Positions 36,539-51,790 of a stretch of DNA of 64,000 bases are shown one piece after another. This DNA comes from the human T2T-CHM13v2.0 reference genome, Homo sapiens. The notes under the pieces are model-generated. The model made no database searches. It was not told the origin of the DNA and was given only the letters and a program-made list of their open reading frames with translations. The position numbers were made by a program, and so were the translations under genes. The stretch lies in the NCBI RefSeq assembly GCF_009914755.1, contig NC_060938.1. The stretch is one strand, 5' to 3'. The first letter of the stretch is position 1. Every line of letters begins with the position of its first letter.

Positions 36539-38040
36539 CCACCATTGATTTGTTTCCTTGTAACCTATATTTCCTCTGATTGTGCTTGCTCTAAATAAAC
36601 TAAGAAGGAAGGAGGATGAAATGGAGAAACTGGTATTAGCGATACATACAGAAATATTTTTTAAGGCAAGAATCATTGTCAGCTTTTGTTGCTAATAAAA
36701 TTATTGATAAGTAAGACTAATGATGATAGTTCTATGGTCAGTAAAATGATACTGAATGCCTCTGTTAGGGGTAAGTTTAATGAAAAGGAAAATCAAGTTA
36801 TCAGGTCAGCTTCTTTAACAGAAATGGGTCATACAATCCATCATCAAAAAGGTCTTGTAAATTCTAAGGTGGCAAGTAAAACTGTAAATTAAACATTAAA
36901 AACTTTTTATAGCTAGTCAGTCTAACGGATTGGAGTATTTTTATGTTATGTGTATATAATATACCTGGTGTGATTATTGTAGACATTGATGCCCATTTCC
37001 TAGTAAATGGAGTATAGATTTTCCTCTTTGAGTTATTATAAAATAATAAAGTTCCTGTATTTGGATTCTTCTTTTTTATTGGTACCCCTAATCAGCATAC
37101 AAACGTTTTTCTCATGTTTAGAAAAAAATAATCTTGCTTGATTTCACTCTTCCCCCATTATTTCTTTGGCACCTTTGCAACAAAACTAGAAAAAAAAATG
37201 GGGTTATCTTTACTCACTTTTCCCGTTCTCTGTTAAACCAACTCTAACTAGTTTTTCAATCCCACAGCTCATGGAAAGTGATCTCGTTAAGGGCATCTGT
37301 GAATCCATATGGCTAAATCTAATGGTCAGTTTTCAGGTCTTATCTTACTTATCAGCAATACTTGATCCAATTGTTCACTCCCTCCTCATTGACATCCTTT
37401 CATCCCTTGGCTTTGAGGACACCACAGTATCCTGGCTTTCTAGTTACCTCACTGACCACTCCTCAACGGCCCTTGCTGCTTTCTTCTCTTTGCATCAACC
37501 TAAAATACTCTGGGATTGAGTCCTTGGCTCTCTTTTGCCTTTTCTGTCAACAATTATTCCCTAGGTGATCTCATGCAACCACAAGACTTTGAATGCTATC
37601 TACATGCAATGCTTCCCAAATGTCTTATCTCCAGACCAGACCTTTCTCCAAACTCTAGGCTTATATATCCATCTGCCTCCTCACCAGCTCCACTTTAATA
37701 TCTAATAGCAATCTCAAAATTAACATGTCCAAAACCAAACTCCTAATCTTCTACTCCAAAACCCACTTCGTCTACTGCCTTCTCCATCTTGGTCAATGGC
37801 AATACATCCTTCAAAGTGCTCAGACAAAAAATCTTGAAGTCTTCCTTGTTTCTTCTCTTTCTCTCACACTCCACATCCAAACCACCAACAAATCTTTTTG
37901 GCTTAACCTTCAATATATATTTAGAATATGGCCCCTTCTTACACAAGCACTGCCATTATCCTCGTCTGGATTACCACCATCTCTTTCCTTTGGATTACTA
38001 AATAGTCTCCATTGTTCTCCTGTCCCCCTACAATCTATTC

Positions 38041-38358
38041 AAGGGGTTGACAAACTACTCCCCAGTGGCCAAATTGGGTTCACTGCTTGCTTTTGTACAT
38101 CCTAAAAGCTAAGAATGATTTTATATTTTTAAACCAGTTGGAAAAAATCAAAATAAAAAATCTTTTGAGGGACATGACAATTATATAAAATTTCAGTGCT
38201 CATAAATAAAGTTTTAATGGAACACAACCATGCTCATTCATTTACATATTATGCATGGCTACTTTTGTGCTATAATCATTGAATAGTTGTGACAGAAACT
38301 GTATAGCTCACAGATCATAAATGCTCTGGCCCTTTACAGAATAGTTTGCCAACCTCTA
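38041..38358 (+). mobile_element. MER58B (hAT-Charlie)
   Basis: AGGGGTTGACAAACTA...CTGGCCCTTTACAGAATAGTTTGCCAACCTCT TIRs; degenerate 8-bp TSD. Confidence 0.85.
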
Positions 38359-38458
38359 GTGTATTCTCAACATATCAGTTACAGTGGTTCTCTTAAAACT
38401 TAAGTCAGATCAGGTCATTCCTCTGCTCTCCAGTTCTCTCATATCAAAAGTCAAAGTT

Positions 38459-38809
<351 letters not shown>

Positions 38810-39352
38810 TTAATCTCCTACACATCTTCTCCCTGCTGACTTCTTCTTGCTGCTCTGCCTTCCTGCTCTTCTTTGGTCATACCTATGAACTCCCCAACCA
38901 GACCCATGACATTGGCTCATCACTGTCTGGAATGCTTTTCTCCTGGATAGCTGTATGGAGAAATCCCTCACACCCATCAGGGCTTTATTCAAATGGCACC
39001 TTTTAGTGAGGCCTGTCCTGACCACCCTAACTTAAATGTGTTACTTGTTCCATGCTGTATTCCTGGTCCTCTCACCCTGCTCTATTTTCCTCTTTTTTTC
39101 TACTGTACTTACCACTTCCTAATATACTAGTTTATTTATCATGTTATAATAAACATAATGGGACATAAGCTCCACAAAGGCAGACATTTTTGTCAGTTAT
39201 ATTCACTGGTGCATCCCAAGAGCCTAGAACAATCCCTGGCACATAGTATGTGCTCAATAAATACGTGCTGGATTTGAATTTAATTTCTGATATATTATTT
39301 TTCATGTCTATGAAATGTTTAATTGATGCTGAGCCCTTAAAAATGTATCCTC

Positions 39353-39635
39353 CCCCAAACCAAACATCATATGTTCTCACTTATAAGTGGGAGCTAAGCT
39401 ATGAGGATGAAAGGCATAATAATGATATAATGAACTTTGGGGACTCAGGGGGAAGGGTTGGGAGGTGGGTGAGGGATTAAAGAGTACACACCAGGTACAG
39501 TGTACACTGCTTGAGTGACGGGTACACAAAGATCTCAGAAATCATCACTAAACAACTTTCCCATGAAATCACCACTAAACAACTTTTCCATGCAACCAAA
39601 CACTACCTGTTCCCCAAAAACTATTGAAATTTTAA
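39353..39635 (+). mobile_element. Short 5'-truncated L1 (L1PB/L1MA) 3' end
   Basis: ATGTTCTCACTTATAAGTGGGAGCTAA; TSD AAAAATGT(A/G)TCCTC at 39339-39352 and 39636-39649. Confidence 0.88.
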
Positions 39636-40855
39636 AAAAATGTGTCCTCTCAAATATAATAGCTTACCCCTGGTAGAGCATGAACATTTGACAATTTTCT
39701 GTTTTATGATATAGTCATCCTCTGTAGTTAAAAATTAGACATGGCCTTATATAAATTCTTACCGATCATTAAAAAAGAGTCCACTGTCCATCATTTTCTC
39801 TGTAAGAAGCCTATTCATTGAGTCATCTATCTTACAGTAAGGAAGCACTTGTGGTTACAAGCTAAAAACTCCTGCAATTCAGTAAAACTCAGTCTCAACT
39901 TCCCATTTAAAAGCCCAGAGAACTAGTCATCTACATGCAAGAAAGTGTTTGAATTGAGCATTTGTTTGACTTGTATTCATTTATTGAGTACCTTCTGCAA
40001 GCAGAGCATATACATCAGAATTTTTTTAACTGTGTCCCAGACTTTAAAAAAACTTTGAATCTAGAGAGGAAGATATATGTGTCACCACAGTATAAAAATT
40101 ATTACAGTTTCTGAATGTTACTACAGAGCAGTGTTACTCCATAGAAATCTATCCTAAGCAAAAAGAACAAAGCTGGAGGCATCACACTACCTGACTTCAA
40201 ATTACACTGCAAGGCTATTATAACCAAAACAGCATAGTACTGGTACATACATAGACACATAGATCAATGGAACAAAATAGAGAATCCAGAAATGAAGCCA
40301 CATACCAACAATCCAACTTATCTTCAATAATGCTAACAAGAAGTTACACTGGGCAGAGGACTCTCTTTTCAATAAATGGTGCAGGAAAAATTGGATAACC
40401 ACATGTGGAAGAATGAAACTTGGCCCCTATCTCTCACCCTATAAAAAAAAATTAACTCAAGAAGGATTAAAGACTTAAACATAAAACCTGAAACCATAAA
40501 AATCCTAGAAGAACACCTAAGAAAAACTCTTCTAGATATTGGCCTACGCAAAGAATTCATGACTAAGACGTAACAAAAACAGAAAAATGAAACTTAATTA
40601 AACTAAAAAGCTTCTGCACAACAAAAGAAATAATCAACAGAGTAAACAGTCTACAGAAAGGGAGAAAATATTTGCAAACTATGCATCCAACAAAGGACTG
40701 ATACCCAGAACCTACAAGGAAAAACTTAATAAGAAAAAAAGCACTTGTATTACAAACCAAAAACCCCTGCCATTCACCAAAACTCAGTGTCAACTTTCCA
40801 TTTAAAAGCTCAGAGGTCATTCACATGCAAGAAAAACTGTTAAATTAAGCTTTTT

Positions 40856-41153
40856 CATTTTTTTTTCTTTTTGTTTTTTGTTTTTGTTTTTTTTTTTTTT
40901 GAGACAAGGACTCATTCTGTCACCCACCGCAACCTCCACCTCCCAAGTTTAAGCAATCCTCCCACCTCAACCTCCTGAGTAGCTGGGACTACAGGAGAGC
41001 ACCATCATGCCCAGCTAATTTTTTGTACTTTTTTGTAGAATGGGGTTTCGCCATGTTGCCCAGGCTGGTCTCAGAACTCCTCGACTCAAGCGATCCGTCC
41101 GCAGCAGCCTCTCAAAGTGCTGGAATTACCAGCATAAGCAACCATGGCCTGCC
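40856..41153 (-). mobile_element. AluJ (internally deleted)
   Basis: Reverse Alu with a T-rich tail; TSD AA(T/C)T(A/G)AGCTTTT. Confidence 0.9.
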
Positions 41154-41226
41154 TGAACTGAGCTTTTGTTTGGCTCAGTTCAACAAGAAAAAAACAAATA
41201 ACTCCATTTAAAAGTGGGCAAAGGAT

Positions 41227-41533
41227 GGCCAGAGACGGTGGCTCACGCCTGTAATCCCAGCACTTTGGGAGACCGAGGCAGGTGGATCACCTGAGGTCGG
41301 GAGTTCAAGACCAGCCTCGCCAATATGGTGAAACCCCGTCTCTACTAAAAATACAAAATTAGCCGGGCGTGATGGTGCACATCTGTAATCCCAGCTGCTC
41401 CGGAGGCTGAGGCAGGAGAATCTCTTAGAACCTAGGAGGTGGAGATTGCAGTGAGCCAAGATCACACCACTGCACTCCAACCTGGGCAACAAAGGAAGAC
41501 GCTGTCTCAAAAAAAAAAAAAAGAAAAGAAAAG
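41227..41533 (+). mobile_element. Alu (AluSq/Sp-like)
   Basis: TSD AAAAGTGGGCAAAGGA (L1 sequence) on both sides. Confidence 0.94.
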
Positions 41534-42349
41534 AAAAGTGGGCAAAGGACATAAACAATGAACAGACATTTCTTCAGACATACAAGCAACCAACAAACAT
41601 GAAAAATGTTCAACATCACTAATCATCAGAGAAATGCAAATTAAAGCCACAATGAGATACCATCTCACACCAGTCATAATGGCTATTAATTAAAAAATCA
41701 AAAAACAGCTGATGTTGCCAAGGATGTGGAGAAAAACAAACGCTTATACATTGTTGGTGGGAATACAGAAAAAGTATGGAGATGTCTCAAAGAACTAAAA
41801 GTAGAACTACCATTTGACCCACCAATCCCACTGAGTACCTACTCAAAGGAATAGAAATCATTCTATCAAAAAGATGCCTGCACTCTGTGTTTATCACAGC
41901 ACTGTTCACAATAGCAAAGGCATGGAATCACCCTAACTGTCCATCAACAAATGATTGGAGAAAGAAAATATGGTATACATGCATCATGGAATACTATGCT
42001 GCCCTAAAAAAGAATAAAAGCAGGTCTTTTGCAGCAATATGGATGGAGCCGGAGGCCACCATCCTAAGTGAAATAACTCAGAAACAGAAAGTCAAATATT
42101 ACATGTTCTCACTTATAAGTGGGAGCTAAACAAGGGGTACACATGGACATATAGTGGGAAATAATAGATACTGGGGAGAGTCGGAGGGGGCAAAGGTCAA
42201 AAATTACCTATTGGGTACAATGTTCAGTATTCAGGTGACGGGTAGACTAGAAGTGCAAACCTCACCATTATACAATATAGCCATGTAACAAAACTGCACA
42301 TGTACCTCCTGAATCTATAAGAATTTAAAAAAATTAAGGTTAAAAGAAA

Positions 42350-43165
42350 AAAGTGAAAGTCATTTTAATAATATACTTTAACCCACTATTATAATATCAT
42401 TTTGACCCAAAATCAATATGAAAATTATTAATGAGATATTTTACATTCTCTTTTCTTCTAGCTCAGTCTTGAAAATTCAGTATACACTTAAAACACATGG
42501 CAATTTGGAAACTAAATTTTCTTCAGAAATACCGTAGCCACATTCAAAGTTTGTAAAATGTACACTTGAAAAAAAAAAGACTTGCAAACCCAAATTGCTC
42601 TAAACAGACTTAAAAGTTTTTCATAACTGAATTGAGTGTTGTTTTTTTAAACTTGAAATTCAATTCATAAAAATGAAGTAAAATTGAAAACTCAGTTTCT
42701 CAGTCTCACTACCCACATTTCAAATGTGCCATAGCCACACATAGCTCATGGCAACCATAGTGAATAGCACAAGTTTAGAGCAGGGACTGTCAAATATTTT
42801 CTGTAAAGGGCTAAAGAGTAAATATTTTGGCCTGGCACGGTGGCTCACACCTGTAATCCCAGGACTTTGGGAGGCCTAGCGGGGTGGATTGCCTGAGTTC
42901 AGGAGTTTGCCACCAGCCTGGGCAACATGGTGAAACCTTGTCTCTACTAAAAGATACAAACAAAATTAGCTGGGCGTGGTGGCATGTGTCTGTAGTCCCA
43001 GCTACTTGGGAGGCTGAGGTAGGAGAATTGCTTGAAACTGGGAGGCAGAGGTTGCAGTGAGCCTGTGCCACTGCACTCCAGCCCGGGTGACAGAGCGAGA
43101 CTCCGTCTCAAAAAAAAAAAAAAAAAAGTAAATATTTTAGGCTTTGCAAGCCATAGATGTCCCTG
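42350..43165. mobile_element. hAT-Charlie fragments (MER33-like plus MER58A-like)
   Basis: AATATGAAAATTATTAATGAGATATTTTACATTC; CAGGGACTGTCAAATATTTTCTGTAAAGGGC...GTAAATATTTTAGGCTTTGC. Confidence 0.6.
42829..43127 (+). mobile_element. Alu (AluS)
   Basis: Dimer; TSD AGTAAATATTTT. Confidence 0.94.
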
Positions 43166-43399
43166 CCCTAGAGGATTCCACTTGAGGGATCAAAGAAATC
43201 TTTAAGAAGGTCACCTCTAAGCTGGGATTTTAAAGATGAGTAGGATTTCAAATGTATAAATATAGGAGGGTGCAGGAAAGAGCATTCCATACAGAGGCCT
43301 AAGCATGAACAAAATGACAGAGGTGCGAAGGCTGTGGTACTGCTCGGAAAAGGAATCAGCATACAGGATGAGAGGGCTGGAAGGAGGGAAGGCAATATG

Positions 43400-43872
43400 C
43401 TAGTTACTCTCCCTGTAATTGACCCAATTACAGGCATTCCCCAACTTTTCTGCCCTGCAGGGACTGACCACTATAGACTGCATCGTGCATGCCCTTTTGT
43501 CCTCTGTGTTCCAATGGGTTTGGCCACCGGGGCTCTGGCTTGAGATCAGAGTACAAGGGCAGAGATACATGGGCATTTATCCCCGGTTCCCTCCCTGCTT
43601 CTTAACTACTAAGCCAGTGTTAGCTCCATAGTTATAGCTCCTGTCTTCTGTGACTCCAAGTTCGCTCCGGGGTTCAGTATCATCCCCTGTTTTTTCTGTC
43701 CTTTCAGCCTTAGGAGTGGTAACCGCTTTGCTATGGCTAATTCCTAAGTGTTTCACCATCCCTGATTGGTTCCTCTCACCCCACTCACCTCTTTGTAAAT
43801 AGTCTGTAAATTCTCCTCAGTCAAACTCTTTGAGGAGACCATTTGTTTTCTGCCAGCCTCTTCACTGACTCA
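43400..43872. mobile_element. LTR33-like ERVL LTR
   Basis: CACCTCTTTGTAAATAGTC...CCATTTGTTTTCTGCC...CTGACTCA terminal pattern. Confidence 0.55.
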
Positions 43873-44789
43873 GATAGACTGAAGCTGCATCATCCAGGAT
43901 CTTACATGACAGGCTATCAAGTTTGACCTGTGTTCAGTAGACAGCACAGAGCATCAAGGCTCTTAGCACAGAGTTGTGTGGGTTGTGCACTGCACAACTA
44001 TGTATGGAAGCCCTGGCTCTTAATAAAGAGAGAGACAGAGGGAGAGAGAGAGATGATTAAAGAAAATAAAAAGGAGGAGGGCTTGGGAGGCAGCTCAAGG
44101 AGAGAATCAGCATAACCATGTCATCAGTAGCTGAGAGTATGTCATAGGCACACAGTGCCAGCACTGGGAGGAGTAAGAGTGGTCTGGTCCGTTTTGGAGA
44201 CTATCACAGCTACTTAGCTCTGAGTTAAACAGATCATATTCTGTCCTATGTTCCAGAGCCACTCTTTGCAGCAACCAGTGCCCATTCACTGCAGGGTCCT
44301 CCATGACTTCTGGCTTAGAATCCAGTTGTAGCTCAAAGTTCTTCAGCAAACATTTTCCCACTTCATCATTTTCTAATATTAGTGTGCTGGTTCTGGAAAC
44401 CAGATAACCAAGTATAAGGAAGACCACACATTTCCTTCAAGATATCAAACCCAAGTCCTTTGTAAAGTAATATCTTATAGCAGTGCTCCCCAAATTTGTT
44501 CACATCATGGCATTCTGAGAATATAATCATATTGCACACACACTAGGTAAATGAACAAGGGTACTCCCAGCCAGAGGTGACCAGTACAGAGGCTCTGGCT
44601 TCCCCAGACCTTGACCAGCTTCCTCAAGGCACACTTGCAACACACTTGAGACTTAGAGTTCAAGGTGTGAAGGTCTGCCTTAGAGCTCCAACTCCATCAG
44701 CACAAGAGTCTCATCCTCGTGGGACTCTCTCATGAACTATCAATGACCTCAGGCAAGCCCTGGTCCCCCTTTAACATTTGACCCAAAGC

Positions 44790-45088
<299 letters not shown>

Positions 45089-46869
45089 TTAACAATCATA
45101 TGACCCCATTACGGGCATATAACTCCTCTCTGATTCTCTGAAGTCATAGGTAGGGTCACAGCTAGCCCATATTGAACCTTTGCACAAATTAGAAAAAGGT
45201 ACCCTTGCCCTGGATGGACATTGCCAAGCACCAGGGTACAACAGCCACCGGCCATGATTAAGAATATTCAAAAACTCATGGGATTATAGAATAAAGAGGA
45301 AGTGACACCACTCAATATTTGGTCTTACAAAATGCCCTTAGTCATGCTTGGGGCATTGGGGCCCACATCAAGGCTGCCTCCTTATCTTGCTGGGAACCTT
45401 TCTAGCTCTCCTGCGAGTCACTCTGCCCTCGTGACTCTTTAGCTGGGAAAGTGATTGTCCTGTCCTATTGTGATATGTTTCCAACCTCCAATGTTGTACT
45501 GGGAGACTTAACATCTGTCTTGGTGATACCCAATATCTTATGGAAGTTTGACAAGTTTTGTGATTTCTCTCTTGAAATTTCTACTCTTACTTCTGCATCT
45601 GGGCCACCATCAGCCAGTAGCCAGGTTAATCCCATTAATCCAACAGCCTAACCCACTAACCATAATGTATAGTATCAGCGCCCTTATCAATGTCAATCCC
45701 TTGCCTTCAAAGGCTGGCAATAGAGAAGACTAGGAGAAGACTAGAAGTTCAAGTTTTAAAGTTTAGGCACCTTTCTCTTTATGGAGTGTCTAGCTTCTTG
45801 GCCAACCTGAATCTGGGCCTGATTTTATTAGTAAATCAACAGATCATTTTAGTTTTTACTTTGTGTAAAGTAAGCATAAAAGGTTCTCTCCCATGAGTCA
45901 AATACACATGTCTTCACACTAGGATTGAAGCTATTAACATGAATATTGACCAGTTACGTGTTTTATTTACATACATCTATGTTCTCCCCTGTGACCTAGA
46001 TAAGTCCAGTTGTTGGGCAGCTGAGCTCTGCAGTAATGGCCCAAAATGGACAGAGCAGACTCATCCTCAAAATCAAAACATGGCAAAGGGATGAACCTTT
46101 CTTTCAAATATGAGGAAGGTTAACATGACCTAAAAACAAAGCTCTTCTGTTCTTTGCCAGATAGAAATGACCTTTCTGTGAAGAATTTAAAAAAAAAAAA
46201 AAAAGAAGAAGAAGAAGAATCTTAATGAAATACACCTGCGTCATTAGGTGCTTATTACAGACACTTAGTAAGTCTGTTAGGTCAGTGAGTGAGGCCAAGA
46301 ACCTGCCAAACTGAAGGGTCATTGTCAACCAATGGAACAAAACAAATGGACAAGAAGGAGGAGGAAAGATAAGTAGTTTTGATCTGGGACATGCGGCACA
46401 GACTCCTTGCTAGAGCTGCTTGAAAACCTATCTTTCTCCCTTTTCCTTTTGCCAGAGACTTAGGGCCCACTTGACATATTCACAGTTGGCTGATGCCACA
46501 CTCTAAATCCTTACCTGAGGAGCAGTGTCTCCCTCTACAGGCAGCACAGCTGAAACACAAGGAAGACCTCTCTCCACAGCAGTGCCTCTGTAACTGACAT
46601 GTCCCTGTACCTCTCAGCCAGCACATTGTGATAATGACTCATTGCTCCACTGCCGATTCACAGACCACTGCCAGGCAATGTGTGGGCCTGGAACTGGTCA
46701 TGCTTCTTTACCTTTCTGCATTTATCTCTAACATAAGTAACATGTCATACCCATCCATGTTAGTGTGGCCCCCAGCACAACCAGAAAACACCAACTAATG
46801 GAATTTTCCACATTCTATGGGACCCAGCAGTACCTTCTTGTTTTAGTTAAAACTCTCCAATATTGCTTA

Positions 46870-47268
<399 letters not shown>

Positions 47269-47973
47269 TTACAAACTACTCAGAGGATTGAAAACAAGCT
47301 TCCCTTTTCAAAAAGGATAGGGCAATCTGATTTCAAGTCACCTGTGAACAGTCAAGGAGCAGAAATAAATGTAAGGAAAGAAAGACACCAGATAGAAATG
47401 ATTCTTGCAGCCTATTAACTTACATGTTTCATCAGACTTCCCAGGACAGTCTCTCCCTCGATTTCTCATAAGAATTCCTTAGATGAAGCCAGAACCAATG
47501 ATTTAGCCTCCCTTTGACACCACTCTTCTTGTCCTGTATCTGTATACCGACCTCCTTTGCCCAACTGTTGTTAAATCCAAAGCAACGTTATTCCAGGAAG
47601 TGCTGTCACCACCTGTGAGAGTAGGCAGACATGAAGAGTTGCTCAACATCTGCTTTGCTGGATAGCTTTCTTCATTTATGAAAGCTCAAAGGCAGAATTC
47701 AAAGTTCATAGGTGGAAGAACTTAGTGCTGGCCAGCATCATCGTGCACTCCCCAGGCCACATGGAGGAGCATGAGGTGTTTGTAAATTGTTAGGTGTCTA
47801 TTAAAGAATGTTATGTGTTTAAACACAGGGTTGAAGACGATACAAACTTATAGGTGAATTAAATTTAAAAGACAAAATGTTGACGAACTTCTTCAACTAA
47901 AATAATGTGACATTTATTCTCTTCTCATCACATAAATAAGAAGCAAGCTGCATATTAAAAATACATATATATG

Positions 47974-48110
47974 AGACCAGGCACAGTGGTTCACAGAGGC
48001 CTGTCATCTCAGTGCTTTGGGAGGCCAAGGTGGAAGGATCACTTGAGGCCAGGAGTTCGAGACCAGCCTGGATAACATAGGGTGATCCCATCTCTACAAA
48101 ACATAAAAAA
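47974..48110 (+). mobile_element. FLAM / Alu monomer
   Basis: Single arm with A-rich end. Confidence 0.85.
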
Positions 48111-49016
48111 ATATGAATTGTTCAAACACATAAATAAATGAGATCATGTTTAGGCAATGGGGCTCATGCTGATAGCTATCAAGAAATCACAGAAGTAATT
48201 AACTTGGAAAAAACATCAATGATCAATTATAAATGTGACCATGCCTGATTTTATCATTCATGTTATCTTTTTCACACTTTTCATACTTGCAAAACAAAGT
48301 CATGATTAGCTCTCTTATAGCAAACACCAGCATGTATACTCACCAAACCCATTTTCCCTACATCCTGGACACACACCTACATACTCATTCCCCAGCTTCC
48401 CTTTCAAGGAGTGTCACATCCAGCCCTTAAGACTCCTAACACAATCCTCTTGTGCTTTCCGTCTCCATATCTGCCAGACAGATGCAAAGGATCCCAGAGA
48501 GAGGGAAAAAGAGTATCTGAAGCTGCAGGGAAAAATAAATCACTAGATGAAAGAAGCCTGTGTCTCTGAATTACTGCATGGAGAAGAGCCATCCATACCA
48601 ACCAGCATTGTCCCGTGACATGCAGAAGAAGCAGACCTTTGTTGAGTTAAGCCACTGAAATCTTGAAGTTAAATAAACATTACTTAAGTTTACCTTCCTG
48701 AACTAATTCACAGTCTTACACTGTATTTTTTCCTTTTACTTTAGAAATTGAGCAACTATGGACAATTTATATTTATTTTTTCCACAGTTAGAGCATATTT
48801 TAGCTCTTCATCAATGTTACTTGACTTTCTTCTGTGTCAAAACAATGTGACAGCAGATAAATAAGACAGAACTGTGCACTCATCTTTAATACAGTCCTTT
48901 AGGCAATCATGCTATCTCACAGTGCTAAAATGGAATAAAATACATAAAACCCAAATATTAAATCATTGAGAGAAATTTTTAAAATAGTCTTAGATTCCTT
49001 CTTTTTAATGATTCCT

Positions 49017-49333
<317 letters not shown>

Positions 49334-49569
49334 TTATAATTCTACGACAGCCATTTCATGAAAAAATAGAATTTATCTTCCCGTAATACACATTACTGTC
49401 AATAAACATTCCCAAATTACACAGGAAATCACTGTTAATGCCTAATGTATAAGAAAAGAAAATAAAGAAACCTTCACAACACTTTTTTCTTAAAAGAAAT
49501 AATTCTGACATTTTTGACACCTGTATTAATGCTATCTAACTAATAAAATTATGAGAATTACCTGGACTA

Positions 49570-49874
49570 GTTCAGGAACGGTGGCCCACACCTATAATAC
49601 CAGCACTTTGGGAGGCCAAAGCTGGTGGATCACCTGAGGTCAGGAGACCAGCCTGGCCAACAGGGTGAAACCCCGTCTCTACTAAAAATACAAAAATATA
49701 AAATTAGCAGGGTGTGGTGGCACACGCCTGTAGTCCCAGCTACTCAGGAGGCTGACAGAAGAATCACTTAAACCCAGGAGGCGGAGGTTGCCGTGAGCCG
49801 AGGTTGCATTACTGCACTCACTCCAACCTAGGCAAGATAGAGTGAGACTCCTTCTCAAGAAAAAAAAAAAAAAA
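49570..49874 (+). mobile_element. Alu (AluS)
   Basis: 16-bp TSD AGAATTACCTGGACTA at 49554-49569 and 49875-49890. Confidence 0.94.
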
Positions 49875-50208
49875 AGAATTACCTGGACTAAATCAATGAA
49901 TATAAGTGAAAATGCATAAAGAGATAGGAACACTGTCTTTGTCATCTTAGATTTCCACCAGTGCAAGGTAAAAAAACAAAAATGAAATAAGCAAAGTGTG
50001 CATTTTCCAAGTAGAATCAACTCGGGTTAGGAGGGTAATAATGGTGGCATCAACAAAAAACATTTTTGGCATCATTATTTTATTCTTTGAGTTTTTGCTT
50101 TATCTTTATATGTAAGGAAGTTTTATTGGGCCATCCCTCTGAAGAGAGACGACTAAACTGAAATAAAAGCTTAAAGATGTCTTCGTTTCTTTAAAGGATC
50201 CTGGTATA

Positions 50209-51187
50209 TTGTTATTACTGTGTGTTTGTGGTTTTACATATAGGTTTCCATCCATGTTCCTGGCTCATAACTCCAATAGCTCTTGGTATAATGGTGGAGC
50301 ACTTTAGGGCTCAGAAGCAGGCCTGAGAAAACAGAATGTCTCTCTGCTCCTCTCCTGCCCTCCTTGCACCTGCTCCTTTTTCTCTCCAAGTGAGGAATCT
50401 TCCTTGTTTTTCTATATTGGCGCTGGCCATAAAGGAATTCTCTGACCTACCTTGTCTGACTGTGGGACGTAAGACCCTCATTTCAGAAGTGATCTTGCCC
50501 CATACCCTAAAAGAAGGAGTCCTACACAGAGGGGCCAAAAGGAATCTGAACAGACAGGCCTTACAGGGTTTCCCCTCTCAGTCTATGAGTATTAGACCAT
50601 ACTCTTTTTGTCCAATCACATTTCTACACAGTTGTCAGTCATGCCTATTCAATGATGTTCCCATGAAAGGCTCAAGCAAGAGACCAAGGTTCAAAGAGTT
50701 TCTGGATAGCTGAACACATGGAGGTTCCTAAAGGGTGGCATATCCAGGGAGGTCACGGAAGCTCCATGCCCCTTCTCCCCTACCTTGCCTTTGCCTCTCT
50801 TCATCTGTATCATTTCTAACATCTTTTATAACAAACCAGTAAACATAAATGTTTCCCTGGGTTATTTGACCCACTCCAGCAAATTAATTGAACCCAAAGA
50901 GGGAGTTATGAAAACCCCAACTTGAAGCTGATTGGTCAGAAATTCTGGAGGCCTGGAGTTGCAACTGACATGTGAAGTAGGGGCAGTCTTGTGGGAATGA
51001 ATCCTCAACATGTGGGATCTGATGCTATCTCCAGGTAAGCCACAACAGAATTGTAGAATTTGTTGCTTGCTTAGTAGCAGGAAGAACACCTCCACCCCAG
51101 TTTGGTCACAGACATCTTCTGTGTTGATTGTTGTTAAGAGAGAGAATAGAAAAAGCACTTTGAGTTTGAGTGTGGTTTTTTCCCACA
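50209..51187. mobile_element. MER21 (MER21A-like) solo LTR
   Basis: TG...CA ends; GTTCCTGGCTCATAACTCC, CTTCATCTGTATC...TAAATGTTTCCCTG...AGCAAATTAATTGAACCCAAAGAGGG, GGGATCTGATGCTATCTCCAGGTA. Confidence 0.75.
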
Positions 51188-51599
51188 GAAGTCTTTATTG
51201 TCTACAATTCATGAAGCAATTTAATGTTGTTATGCATTATATTTCTTCCACTTTCCTTTAAAACTTAACATTCTAATTTTTCTCTCACAGTCAATATTTT
51301 GACCTATTCATGCTTACCAATTTCTTTGTTTTCCATTTCTTCTTTCATCCTCTTTTGAATTTCCATAATCTTTTTTCTAAAGTTTATTGTTTACTAGGTC
51401 TTTCTGCCTGGATAGAACTTGTAAATAATAAACACTTTCAGTTTTTATTTTAAAATATCTTTATTTCATCCTGACTGAAATAATATTTTTAGCTGGGTCT
51501 AGGTTCCTAGATTGAATTATTTCCCCTTAGTACTCTGAATACACTAACAAGGTCTTTATCCTCGTTTTTAATGAGGAACCTGCTCTTAATGGGTAAGTA

Positions 51600-51790
51600 G
51601 TCATCTCCGAAGTCAGACTGGGTCCAACTTGACTCCACCACTCACTTGCTGTGTGACTTTGGGCAAAGTCTACAATCTCTCTGTACCTCACTTTTCCTAT
51701 CTGTAAAATGGGGAGAAATCTAAAGCGTAGTGCATTGGGTTATTTAAAGATTCATACATGTGTAGTGTCTGAGATATAAAAAGCATTTGG
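51600..51790 (+). mobile_element. MIR
   Basis: Core CTGTGTGACTTTGGGCAAAGTC...CCTCACTTTTCCTATCTGTAAAATGGG. Confidence 0.8.

Larger units (their letters stand above)
40143..42335 (+). mobile_element. 5'-truncated L1PB (L1PB3/4-like) with internal insertions
   Basis: ORF2 C-terminal remnants (ORF 41887 FITALFTIAKAWNHPNCPS); 3' end ...CCATGTAACAAAACTGCACATGTACCTCCTGAATCTA. Confidence 0.88.
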
